A stretch of DNA of 64,000 bases from Clostridia bacterium (lineage in GTDB: Bacteria; Bacillota; Clostridia; Oscillospirales; Acutalibacteraceae), in the NCBI GenBank assembly GCA_017630985.1, contig JAGBUC010000033.1:3505-67504 (forward strand), read 5' to 3'. A program made the position numbers and the translations under genes. Shown piece by piece: positions 9,542 to 19,015 of this stretch (positions are counted from its first letter, which is position 1; each line of letters begins with the position of its first letter). Below the pieces are notes generated by a model. It saw nothing but the letters and a program-made list of their open reading frames with translations. It did no database searches and was not told the origin of the DNA.

Positions 9542-12157
9542 TTAATTATGAAAGGGTTTGCCAAGAAAGAAAATAATTGTTGTGATAATTGTACTTATAA
9601 GCTCGCACATCAGGCATAGAACCGCACTCATCATTGTCATAGAACCGCCGAGAGAAACGCCTGTGAACACAAGCCAGAGAAGAGCGGTGCATATAATATG
9701 AACAACATATAGAACACCGGTCAAGGACTTAAGACGCATAGAAGAGGAGAGAATAGAAAGATAGCTTATTGCGGAGCCTCTGTGGAAGGCGTGAGCAGAG
9801 CAGATTTCGGTTGGCTCTGTTTTTAAGTGATATTTATGGGTTCCGCTTGCGTCCATAATTTTTATTATATCGGGATACAGCGAATAGTAATCGCAAAGCA
9901 TCTCTTCGGTAAGATTTGGGTCGCAGTTATCGACAAGGAGGGTTACTCCCTTGTTTGCAAGTTTTAAAAGCTCAGCCTCAACGCTTCTGCTAATGGTGTA
10001 TTTAACCGTAAGCAGAGCGCAGGCACGTTGGTCGCAAGCAACATATATTGGGAAATAACCCTTGTGAAGAATTTTGCGGTCGACCTCAAGGGGTGGAATG
10101 CGAACGCCGTGCGAAATCATTAAGGAACGGTTGCCTATCATAATGTGGTTGTCGCCTACCCAACCTGAAACGCCTAAATTTTCTTCATATTTAACCGAGT
10201 CTGCCTCGCCCAGCACAGTGTCGGGGGTCAGCATTTTGCAAAAAACGGGGAAAAGCGGACTATTTGCTTTTTCGGCAACAGCAGCCGCTAGGGTCATAGT
10301 TTCGTCAATATTGTTTGCGCTTAAAGGGTTAATGTTGAAAAGCTTAATACAACCGTCAGGAAAGAGCTGAGCCGAGGTGATAACAGCGGCATTGATTTGC
10401 TCAATTTTTTCGGCAGAGTATCTGCTGCAAAGAGCGGCACCTCTTTTAAGAAGTTTTTCAGCAAAGCTCGGGAAAGGAAGCATTTCCGAAATAAAGAGGG
10501 TGGGCGCGGCGCCAAAGGTCAGCACAACAGAAACGGCAGACAGGGCATCAGAGAACGAAGCGTAGCTTATGCCTATCATAAGGCCAATCGCAACCGAGAC
10601 AACAATATTTACGGCAACAAGGACATTAAGCTTGCCGCCGAAGGCGCGCTCGCTAAGGGTGTTCTTAAGGAAGTCTCCAACTTCGTCTGTTTGGCGGTTT
10701 CCTGCGGCAAGCACCTCGCCCTCAATAGAGGAACGTGCCATGGAGGCGGTGGTCGACTGGTCGTTTATAAGTGTGACGGCAGTTTTTTCCTTTCTTGAGG
10801 CAACTAGTTTAAAGTTGCCAAATACTGACAAATTACGCCTGTATGCGCAATAGTTATAAATGAGAAGTGAAGCTATAGGAAGAATGGCAATATCGCTGGG
10901 ATAGCTTCCTTCAATAATTCCAAAAATGAAAAATACAGAGCAAAAACCGACCGCGAACGCCAGAGGGAACTCAATTTTAGCTTCAATTGTAAATGCAGTT
11001 TTAAACGACTTAAAAATATCGATATTGACAAGAGTTGCTGAGGCAAAAGCGCAAAGAGAAACAATTGTGGGCACAAGTGGACTTGCGGCGAAGAAATCCT
11101 TTATGTAGGGGATATGCATAAGCACTGCCGCAAGGGCGAAAACTGCCGTAGCAATAAGCTTTGTTTTTGAAAGGACCAAGTCAAGCTTTAGAGCAGAGCC
11201 AACGCGTGAAATGTCGTCTGCGCCTTTAAAATCATCAACCTTTACAAAAGGCTCGGGCTCTGGAGGAGTGATGAAGGTCTCCTTGCTTACCGAGGGCACA
11301 TCTTTTACATTTACGGGGCGGGTGTGACTTAAAATATCTTCATAAATTTCTTCAGTATGAGCTTCCGGCTTCAGGTCGGGGATAATACGCGTTTGAGAGT
11401 TGTCGGAAGATGCGCGCTGTTTGGAAATCTCGGAATAGGTCGTAATTGTAGATTCGTCCTCGACAACATCGGTGCGCCTAGCACTGAAATCGTCGAAAAG
11501 CGTGTCGGTTATCTTGGGAATTGACACCGTATCAAAAAGGCTTGTAGACCTTGCTGGCTCGCCTATCTTAACGGCGTTTTTAATAGATGTATTTTGCGAA
11601 CGAAGACGGGGTTTTGGCTCCTCTGCGGTGGCGGAGTGAGCTTTTTCAGAACCTATCTCTTCAACCTCAGATTTTTTAAGGTTGTACATTCTTGCAATTT
11701 TCTGGTTTGCGCGTTTCTCGGCAGCCTCAATAATATCTTCGACGCTTTCAAGGGTATAGTCTGGCTTATCGTCGACCTGGCTTACACCTTTTTCATCGTA
11801 TATATATGGCATACATTTTGCCAGAAGACTTTCTTGACGCTTAGGCTTAGTGGGCTTTTGCTGGCGATTTATGTTTTCTGCCATTTTAATGAGCTTTTGC
11901 TCGTCGTCGGGCTCGTTTTCCTTGGAAATACTTTTGGCATTTTCCTTTACGCTTTTTTTAATAAGGTCAAGAGGACTTGCGGTTGAGGATGCAGTTTTTA
12001 TATGCTTAGGCGGTGTTTTAGGAGAAGCCTTTATGGAGCTTTCTTCGTTGGTTATAAAGGGAAAGACAAAAGAATCAAACCCGTTTTGCTCGGCTTTGTT
12101 TAAGTTTTCGTTGCTTTCTGATGTTGGCTTCATACCTTTCACCCTTTCTTTATACAT
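9542..12157 (-). CDS. degenerate P-type (P1B-like) ATPase homolog with a ~330-aa low-complexity N-terminal region
   Basis: The C-terminal ~540 aa is collinear with CopA-type ATPases, but DKTGT, TGES, CPC and TGDN are all replaced (see finding). A second ATG at 12133 has the better SD. Confidence 0.7.
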   Translation of the reverse strand: MYKERVKGMKPTSESNENLNKAEQNGFDSFVFPFITNEESSIKASPKTPPKHIKTASSTASPLDLIKKSVKENAKSISKENEPDDEQKLIKMAENINRQQKPTKPKRQESLLAKCMPYIYDEKGVSQVDDKPDYTLESVEDIIEAAEKRANQKIARMYNLKKSEVEEIGSEKAHSATAEEPKPRLRSQNTSIKNAVKIGEPARSTSLFDTVSIPKITDTLFDDFSARRTDVVEDESTITTYSEISKQRASSDNSQTRIIPDLKPEAHTEEIYEDILSHTRPVNVKDVPSVSKETFITPPEPEPFVKVDDFKGADDISRVGSALKLDLVLSKTKLIATAVFALAAVLMHIPYIKDFFAASPLVPTIVSLCAFASATLVNIDIFKSFKTAFTIEAKIEFPLAFAVGFCSVFFIFGIIEGSYPSDIAILPIASLLIYNYCAYRRNLSVFGNFKLVASRKEKTAVTLINDQSTTASMARSSIEGEVLAAGNRQTDEVGDFLKNTLSERAFGGKLNVLVAVNIVVSVAIGLMIGISYASFSDALSAVSVVLTFGAAPTLFISEMLPFPSFAEKLLKRGAALCSRYSAEKIEQINAAVITSAQLFPDGCIKLFNINPLSANNIDETMTLAAAVAEKANSPLFPVFCKMLTPDTVLGEADSVKYEENLGVSGWVGDNHIMIGNRSLMISHGVRIPPLEVDRKILHKGYFPIYVACDQRACALLTVKYTISRSVEAELLKLANKGVTLLVDNCDPNLTEEMLCDYYSLYPDIIKIMDASGTHKYHLKTEPTEICSAHAFHRGSAISYLSILSSSMRLKSLTGVLYVVHIICTALLWLVFTGVSLGGSMTMMSAVLCLMCELISTIITTIIFFLGKPFHN

Positions 12158-12190
12158 AGCATTGCAACTCTAATATGTTGCATCGAATTT

Positions 12191-12961
12191 TTATTTTCCG
12201 CCTCTGCTTTTTACGACAGCATACATTAAAATGCCGGCCGCAACTGAAGCGTTTAAAGAATTTATTTGTCCCTTCATTGGAAGACTTATGATAGCGTCGC
12301 AGTTTTTTGCAACCAAGCGGCCTATTCCCTTGCCCTCGTTTCCGATGACGATGGCACAAGGAATATCAAAATCTGTTTTAGAATAGTCGTCTCCGTCCAT
12401 ATCGGCGCCGAAAACCCAGACACCCTTTTCCTTAAGAGCCTCAATCTCGTTTGAAATGTTGGTAACTCGCGCAACTCTCATATATTCAAGGGCGCCGCAT
12501 GAGGTTTTTGCAACAGTTACATTAAGGGAGGCGCTTCTTCTTTTTGGAATTATAATTCCGTGAGCACCCGCCGCTTCTGCGGTGCGGATAATGGCGCCGA
12601 GGTTATGTGGGTCTTCTATTTCATCGCAGATGATAATAAAAGGCTTTTCACCCTTTTCTTCTGCGTAGGACAGAATGTCAGAGACCTCGTAATATTTTTG
12701 GGTTGCAATCATGACGGCAACGCCCTGATGGTTTGAGCCGCCCGTCAGATAGTCGAGCTTCTGGGCAGAAACTTCTTTAATAAGAATTCCTTTTTCGCTG
12801 CATTTTGCGATAATCGGAGCCGCCCATCCTCCTGCCGAGTGAACAACAAGCAGACGGTCGATTTCTCTGCCAGAGCGAATAGCTTCTAGAACGGGGTTTC
12901 TTCCCGCAATTATATTATTGCCTTTTTCAAGGCCGTTTTCGTTGTTGTTTTCAAAAGCCAT
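12191..12961 (-). CDS. rlmB: TrmH/SpoU family 23S rRNA 2'-O-ribose methyltransferase
   Basis: N-terminal substrate-binding domain plus SpoU methylase motifs (DPHNLGAIIRTAEA, GNEGKGI, SLNASVAAGI). ATG at 12961 follows GGAGG. Confidence 0.85.
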   Translation of the reverse strand: MAFENNNENGLEKGNNIIAGRNPVLEAIRSGREIDRLLVVHSAGGWAAPIIAKCSEKGILIKEVSAQKLDYLTGGSNHQGVAVMIATQKYYEVSDILSYAEEKGEKPFIIICDEIEDPHNLGAIIRTAEAAGAHGIIIPKRRSASLNVTVAKTSCGALEYMRVARVTNISNEIEALKEKGVWVFGADMDGDDYSKTDFDIPCAIVIGNEGKGIGRLVAKNCDAIISLPMKGQINSLNASVAAGILMYAVVKSRGGK

Positions 12962-13093
12962 AAAGGCAACCTCCGATAAGACACAAATATACAAGATATA
13001 TTATATCATATATTACGGAAAAATAGAAGAAAAAATTTTGCAGGTAATAAAATGGAAAAAGCGGTTAAAAATAACAGTAAAAGGAGTGGTTTA

Positions 13094-14326
13094 ATGAGCA
13101 AAATAGCAATGATTAAGGCATATGAGCTTTACGATTCTCGCGGGAATCCAACCGTCGCCGTAAGGGTAGTAACCGAAAAGGGCGGTGAGGGTCTGACGAT
13201 TGTGCCGTCCGGCGCATCTACGGGCAGTTTTGAGGCGGTTGAGCTTCGCGATATGGGTCTTCGTCTTTCGGGCAAGGGGGTAAGGCGTGCGGTTGAAAAT
13301 GTTAATTCTTTGATTGCTCCCGCAGTCATTGGAAAAGAGTCTGAAGACGGGGATGAGATTGACAAAATTATGCTCGAGCTTGACGGCACCGAAAATAAGT
13401 CGCGTCTCGGCGCTAATGCCATTCTTGGCGTGTCGGTTGCGGCGGCAAAGGCAACCGCAGACGAGAGACAAATTCCGCTTTGGCGATATTTTGCAGGGGG
13501 AAGCGAGCCGCCTGTTATGCCACGGCCTATGATGAATATTTAAAACGGCGGAGCCCACGCCTCAAACAATGTCGACATTCAGGAGTTTATGATACAGCCT
13601 GTAAAACCGTCGAGCTTTGAAGAAAGCATGGAAATGTGCACCGATATTTATATGAAGCTTAAGGAAATTTTAAAAAGGTCGGGAAAGGCTACGGCGGTCG
13701 GTGACGAGGGAGGCTTCGCACCAAACCTCTCTTCCGATGAGGAGGCAATAGAGCTTATTATTGAAGCGATAGAGATGGCGTCATACGGCACCGAACGGGT
13801 GAAAATCTGTCTTGATGTGGCGGCAAGCGAGTGGCAGGATAAAAGCGGCATTTACCGCATGCCCAAAAGGGATATTAAGCTTGACCGCGACGGTATGATA
13901 GAACGATGGGTCAGGTTTTGCGAAAAATATCCGATAGCCTCTATAGAAGACGGTCTTTCGGAAAATGATTTTGAAGGCTTTACAAGTCTTACGGAGCAAT
14001 TGGGCAAAAAAATACAGCTTGTGGGAGACGACCTTTTTGTTACCAATGTAAAGAGGCTTGAAAAGGGCATATCCTTAAAAGCTGCAAATTCAATTCTTAT
14101 AAAGCCAAACCAGATAGGAACGCTGAGCGAGACGCTAAAGGTTATAAAAATGGCGCAAGAAAACGGTTATACTACGGTTATTTCGCACCGTTCGGGCGAC
14201 ACGGAGGACAGTTTTATTGCAGACCTTGCAGTCGGAACAGCCTCAGGTCAGATAAAAACGGGTGCTCCCTGCCGAAGCGAGAGGGTTTGCAAATATAATA
14301 GACTTCTGATGATAGAAAAGGATTAG
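13094..14326 (+). pseudogene. eno: enolase interrupted by one in-frame TAA (13541-13543)
   Basis: Two track ORFs (13052-13543 and 13589-14326) share one frame. Joined, they read ...[24 protein letters not shown]... across the stop. SGASTG, GDEGGFAP, DVAASE, IEDG, GDDL, KPNQIGT, SHRSGDTED and QIKTG are all present. Confidence 0.85.
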
Positions 14327-14998
14327 CTAAAGAAGATATATTCCCGATTCTAGCGACACGATTTCATACTTGTTTATAAATTTATAGTCGTATACCGGCT
14401 CGTCAAACTTATAATAAAGCTCGGTTATGTAGTTTGTAGTATCCACTTTCCAGATGGAGTTAGAACCCGTGTTGCAGACAAAGAGTTTGCTTCCCGCAGG
14501 GAAAATGCCTTCGGTCTGGACAAAGGGAGAGTGGTTTCCGCCGATTCGAAGCTCTTCTCTAAGAGTTTTTAGGTTATATCTTACAAGGACATTGTGCTCG
14601 GGATAGGACACCCAAAGACTGCCCGACGCGGCGGCAATTCCGCCGGGCGCGGTGTTTTTATAAAGCAGTTTTCCGCTCCAGATTTCGTCAGCACCGCTAA
14701 AGAGGGTGGAAGTGCCGTCCTTTTCAACAACAAAGGTCTGACCGTTCTCCATAAGAATACTGAAGCAGGTCAAATAGTTTTTGATTTTTCCGATAAAAGA
14801 AGCATATTCCGAGCCAAACTTTGTGAGCATAAAGATACTTTTTGTAACATTTGAGATTTTTCCCGTAGAGAAGGAAACCATTTTATAGCCTATGCGGTAT
14901 TGGTTTTCTTCTTCTATTTTCTCTATAAGATATGGGAAAATAAGTCCGTCCGGAAGAGCGTGGATGGAGAAGGCCTTGTGTCCTGATATTTTTTCCAT
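14327..14998 (-). CDS. hypothetical protein (223 aa, probably beta-rich)
   Basis: Long ORF with no family I recognise. Its stop codon abuts the enolase stop codon. Confidence 0.55.
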   Translation of the reverse strand: MEKISGHKAFSIHALPDGLIFPYLIEKIEEENQYRIGYKMVSFSTGKISNVTKSIFMLTKFGSEYASFIGKIKNYLTCFSILMENGQTFVVEKDGTSTLFSGADEIWSGKLLYKNTAPGGIAAASGSLWVSYPEHNVLVRYNLKTLREELRIGGNHSPFVQTEGIFPAGSKLFVCNTGSNSIWKVDTTNYITELYYKFDEPVYDYKFINKYEIVSLESGIYLL

Positions 14999-15011
14999 AA
15001 AAAACTCCGAA

Positions 15012-16283
15012 TTATAATTTTATTATGCCTTTTTCAAGCATACTTTGGGCGGCAAGCAGAACCCCCGCCTGACCGCTGTGGAAATTGAGTCCTCCCTGAA
15101 GCCAAGCTGCATAGGGCTCGCGAAGAGGTGCGTCGGCTGACAGTTCGATAGAGGCGCCGAGGGTAAAAGCACCTGCCGCCATAATAACCTTGTCATCATA
15201 GCCGGGCATATCCCAAGGCTCAGGGGTTACAAAGGAATCGACAGGGGCACCCTTTTGCATACCCTGACAGAATGCGATAAGGGCTTCCTCTGTGCCAAGA
15301 AGCACACTTTCAATAATATCGGCGCGTTTTGCATTATACGCTGGCGTAGACTCAAAACCGAGAAGACCGAAGAGCGCTCCCGCATAGGTTGCGGTTTTAA
15401 GAGCCTCGCCTACCGTGTGAGGCGCGGCAAAAAGTCCCATATAAAGCTCGCGGTTAACTCCGAGAGAGGCTCCAACCTCTCTGCCGACACCCGCGCAGGT
15501 AAGACGATATCCGCAACTTTCTATAAGGTCGTGCTTGCCGGCAATATATCCTCCCGTACGGGCAATTCCGCCGCCAGGATTTTTAATAAGAGAGCCTGCA
15601 ACAAGGTCGGCACCGACGCTTGTCGGCTCGATTTTGTCGACAAACTCGCCATAACAGTTGTCGACAAGTATTAAAGTGTTTGGGGAGACGGATTTAACAA
15701 TATCGCAAAGCTCTTTGATTTTTTGTACTGTGAGTGAGGGGCGCAGACTGTATCCGCGTGAGCGCTGTATGTAGGCAACCTTATAGCTTTTTTCTGAAAG
15801 TCTTTTTCTTATTTCCTGTTGGTCGGGCTCACCGTTTTTGTCCAGTTCAACCTGTTCGTAATGAATTCCGAAATCTTTAAGCGAGCCGTCAGAGTGACCG
15901 TCAATTCCAAGAACGCCAATAAGAGTATCGTAGGGTCTGCCCGTAAGACAAAGCACAGTGTCTCCCGGACGGAGTACGCCGAAAAGCATTACCGACAAGG
16001 TGTGTGTGCCCGAAACGAAATTGTGGCGGATAAGAGAGTCCTCTGCGCCGACAGATTCTGCAAAAACCTTTTCCAAGGTGTCTCTGCCTCGGTCGTCATA
16101 GCCATAGCCGGTAGAACCGCCTAGATGAGCCTCGCTGACACCGTTATTTATAAATGCCGACAGCACCTTGTGCTGATTGTGCATAGTTATTTTTTCAATT
16201 TCCTCAAAGGGCTCTTTACATAGTTTTCGCGCCTCTCGGTCGAGACAGAGCAGAGAGGGGTTAATGTTAAAAAAATCTTGCAT
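15012..16283 (-). CDS. YnbB/aluminium-resistance family PLP-dependent enzyme (methionine gamma-lyase-like fold)
   Basis: GGSTGYGYDDRGRD N-terminal signature and ~420 aa, as in YnbB-type proteins. Confidence 0.75.
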   Translation of the reverse strand: MQDFFNINPSLLCLDREARKLCKEPFEEIEKITMHNQHKVLSAFINNGVSEAHLGGSTGYGYDDRGRDTLEKVFAESVGAEDSLIRHNFVSGTHTLSVMLFGVLRPGDTVLCLTGRPYDTLIGVLGIDGHSDGSLKDFGIHYEQVELDKNGEPDQQEIRKRLSEKSYKVAYIQRSRGYSLRPSLTVQKIKELCDIVKSVSPNTLILVDNCYGEFVDKIEPTSVGADLVAGSLIKNPGGGIARTGGYIAGKHDLIESCGYRLTCAGVGREVGASLGVNRELYMGLFAAPHTVGEALKTATYAGALFGLLGFESTPAYNAKRADIIESVLLGTEEALIAFCQGMQKGAPVDSFVTPEPWDMPGYDDKVIMAAGAFTLGASIELSADAPLREPYAAWLQGGLNFHSGQAGVLLAAQSMLEKGIIKL

Positions 16284-16291
16284 TTTATCAC

Positions 16292-16996
16292 CTAAGGGTT
16301 TGTTATTACGGCAGAGTCGATTAAAACAAAGCCGTTTTTAATGTAAAAATTGTTGTTTTCGTCGCTTGTACAAGCGAAAACGTCTCCGTGAAGATGGGCT
16401 ATAAGGCGGTTTAGAAGCAGACTTCCAAAACCTCTTTGACGCGAATCTTTCTTAACCGCGATACCGTTTATAACAGCGGCATTTTGGGACTTAAAGGCGA
16501 GTGCTCCGCCAAATTCTTCTGCTAGAGCGACCGCCGCGCCGTGCCGTATGCGGTGGGAAACGTCGGGTGCAAAAATATCAAAAGAGGGGAGAAAAACATC
16601 CCCGTCAATTCCTGATGACAGAGCAGAATAAAGCTCAGAGAGACCATTGTTTGAAGAAAAAGGCAAAGGCTCTTCGTCCTTTAACATATGCAAAACATTA
16701 AATTCTTGTTTAATATCAAGGTCTAGTATCTCCGCAGTTGATTTCTCAGTAAATATTTCGGCACAGCAGACAACACTTATAAAGTTTTTAAGCTCCTCGG
16801 GATAATGGCTGTCCGAGGCGATATAAAGTCTGCCGCCGTGACGGGCAATAGCCGAGTGAACCTCTCCGTTTTCTTTTTGAAGCCAAACTTCAGATTCGAG
16901 CTTTGAGCCGTCAAATGCCGATTTAAGACAAAGAATCTGGGCAAGGGACACCTTTTTGGCATAAAAGCCTTCTAAACTGTTTGAGAGAGTTATCAT
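16292..16996 (-). CDS. GNAT-like acetyltransferase domain protein
   Basis: The C-terminal segment GIAVKKDSRQRGFGSLLLNRLI...YIKNGF resembles GNAT motif A. The N-terminal half is unassigned. Confidence 0.55.
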   Translation of the reverse strand: MITLSNSLEGFYAKKVSLAQILCLKSAFDGSKLESEVWLQKENGEVHSAIARHGGRLYIASDSHYPEELKNFISVVCCAEIFTEKSTAEILDLDIKQEFNVLHMLKDEEPLPFSSNNGLSELYSALSSGIDGDVFLPSFDIFAPDVSHRIRHGAAVALAEEFGGALAFKSQNAAVINGIAVKKDSRQRGFGSLLLNRLIAHLHGDVFACTSDENNNFYIKNGFVLIDSAVITNP

Positions 16997-18006
16997 ATTA
17001 TCTCGCCAGATGCTGCCTTTTTAAGCATCTCTTTTGCAAGAACTCTCATTGCCTCAAGGTCCAGGAGACTTGCGACCGATGAGGGCGAATGGATATATCT
17101 GCAGGGCAGAGAGATTGAAAGGGTGGGAACACCGTCTTTTGAAAGGTGTATCGCGCCCGAATTATTACCGCCGGCAACAGCCGATTTGGGCTGACATAAA
17201 AGACCGCTGTTTATTGCGGCGTCATAAAGGCGGCGGTCATATAAGGTAGATTTATCCATAAAGGAGATGGCAGGACCTTTCCCAAGACAGCAAACCTTGT
17301 TTTCCTCAGGCACCCCCTCTAAATCGGCGGCGGTAGTCGCCTCAAGAACGATTGCGCAGTCGGGAGAAAGACCGAATGCGGCAGTCCGTGCGCCTCGGCA
17401 GCCGACCTCCTCGCCTGCCGTAAAGGTGGCATAGAAATCATATTCAGATTCGTCTTTTAAAAGAGAAATAAGACAGGAAACACCCGCGCGGTCGTCAAGA
17501 GCCTTTGCCTTGACATTGTTTTCTCCGAGAAGCTCGAACTCACTTTCGAAGACGGCGGTATCGCCAACACTTATAAGCTTTTCTGCATCTTCTTCACAAG
17601 CCACCCCGATGTCGATATACAGACTGTCTAAGTCGGGTAGCTTCTTGCGCTCGTCCGCCTTGGATAAATGAACAGGCTTTAGCCCGACAACCCCTCTTGT
17701 ACCGTTCTCGAATATTACCGAGCGACAGAGCATTACGGCGGGGTCGATTCCGCCGACAGTTTGGAATTTAACAAATCCGTCGGCAGTAAAGGAGGTTGCG
17801 ATTATGCCGACCTCGTCGATATGCGCGTCGACCATAACCTTTTTAGAGGCGGGACTTTTGCCTTTTTTAAAACAGATGATATTGCCGAGCTTGTCAACCG
17901 TGCATTCGGCAAAGGGCGAGACCTCTTTTATAATAAAATCTCGCAGTTCACTCTCACTTCCCGATACGGCAGAAAGGGAGCAAAGGGTTTTTAAAAGTTC
18001 TCTCAT
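16993..18006 (-). CDS. M42 family aminopeptidase (FrvX/YsdC-like), copy 2 of a tandem pair
   Basis: AHIDEVG and DDRAGV motifs. ATG at 18006 lies 1 nt from the upstream M42 stop. Confidence 0.85.
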   Translation of the reverse strand: MRELLKTLCSLSAVSGSESELRDFIIKEVSPFAECTVDKLGNIICFKKGKSPASKKVMVDAHIDEVGIIATSFTADGFVKFQTVGGIDPAVMLCRSVIFENGTRGVVGLKPVHLSKADERKKLPDLDSLYIDIGVACEEDAEKLISVGDTAVFESEFELLGENNVKAKALDDRAGVSCLISLLKDESEYDFYATFTAGEEVGCRGARTAAFGLSPDCAIVLEATTAADLEGVPEENKVCCLGKGPAISFMDKSTLYDRRLYDAAINSGLLCQPKSAVAGGNNSGAIHLSKDGVPTLSISLPCRYIHSPSSVASLLDLEAMRVLAKEMLKKAASGEII

Positions 18007-18007
18007 T

Positions 18008-19015
18008 TTAAAGCGCACCCCCCGACAGAATATATGCCTCAAGAAGATTTACAACACTTTCAAGGTCGCTCATATCGGCAACCTCACACTGAGAGTGCAT
18101 ATTGCGAAGAGGTATTGAAACAAGGCCGGAGGGGATGCCTGTGCGCGAGATGGAAATAACATCTGCGTCGGTACTTGTTGCTCCGCCCATAACCTCGGTT
18201 TGATAGGGGATATCATTTCCCTTTGCAAGAGACAAAAGTTTTGTTGATATTCTGCGGTCGAGCACCGGAGAAATGCCAATCATAGCACCTTTAGAAAGCT
18301 TACCGCATTTTGTTGCAGGAATGTCGGGTGCATCACCGAAGCTGACGTCGATTGCTATAGCCTCGTCGCAGTCGAGCGAGAAAGCGGCAGTACGCGCGCC
18401 GCGTGTTCCAAGCTCTTCCTGTTCGGAAAGGCAGAATATTACGTTACAGTCAAGCGGTTTATCATGAATTCGCTTTGCAACCTCTATAAGACAGGCAACG
18501 CCTGCACGGTCGTCAAGAGATTTTGAGCAAACCGTACCGCCTGAAAGAGATTTGAAGGAGTTTCTGTAGGTTGCAAAATCACCCGCCGATACAATGCCGC
18601 ACACCGCATTCCCAAGACCTGTATCAAGATATATTTCGTCGGCGCTTTTTGCCTCGTCGGTCTTTTTTGCGAGGTGGGGCGGAGTTGAGATAAAGACGGC
18701 GGGGATATCGGATTTGCCGTGAACTGTTATAGGTGTTGCAGGCAAAAGTCTGCCATCGTTTCCGCCTACGGCGGCAACCTTTAGGAAACCGCTTTCAAAA
18801 ACGTGGGTGACAATAAAGCCAACCTCGTCTATATGCGCTTCGAGCATAATTGTTTTGTCGGCAGAATTACTTATTTTTCCTATAATACCGATTGCGCCGA
18901 AGTCGGAAACCTCAGCATATCGGGAAAGCTCTTGTTTTGCGATATCGGAAGCAGAGCGCAGATGCCCTACCGAGACCGCGTTTGTAAGACTTGCGGTGAG
19001 TTCTTTTAAATTCAT
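18008..19015 (-). CDS. M42 family aminopeptidase, copy 1 of a tandem pair
   Basis: AHIDEVGF and LDDRAGV motifs. Its ATG overlaps the murD stop (ATGA). Confidence 0.85.
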   Translation of the reverse strand: MNLKELTASLTNAVSVGHLRSASDIAKQELSRYAEVSDFGAIGIIGKISNSADKTIMLEAHIDEVGFIVTHVFESGFLKVAAVGGNDGRLLPATPITVHGKSDIPAVFISTPPHLAKKTDEAKSADEIYLDTGLGNAVCGIVSAGDFATYRNSFKSLSGGTVCSKSLDDRAGVACLIEVAKRIHDKPLDCNVIFCLSEQEELGTRGARTAAFSLDCDEAIAIDVSFGDAPDIPATKCGKLSKGAMIGISPVLDRRISTKLLSLAKGNDIPYQTEVMGGATSTDADVISISRTGIPSGLVSIPLRNMHSQCEVADMSDLESVVNLLEAYILSGGAL

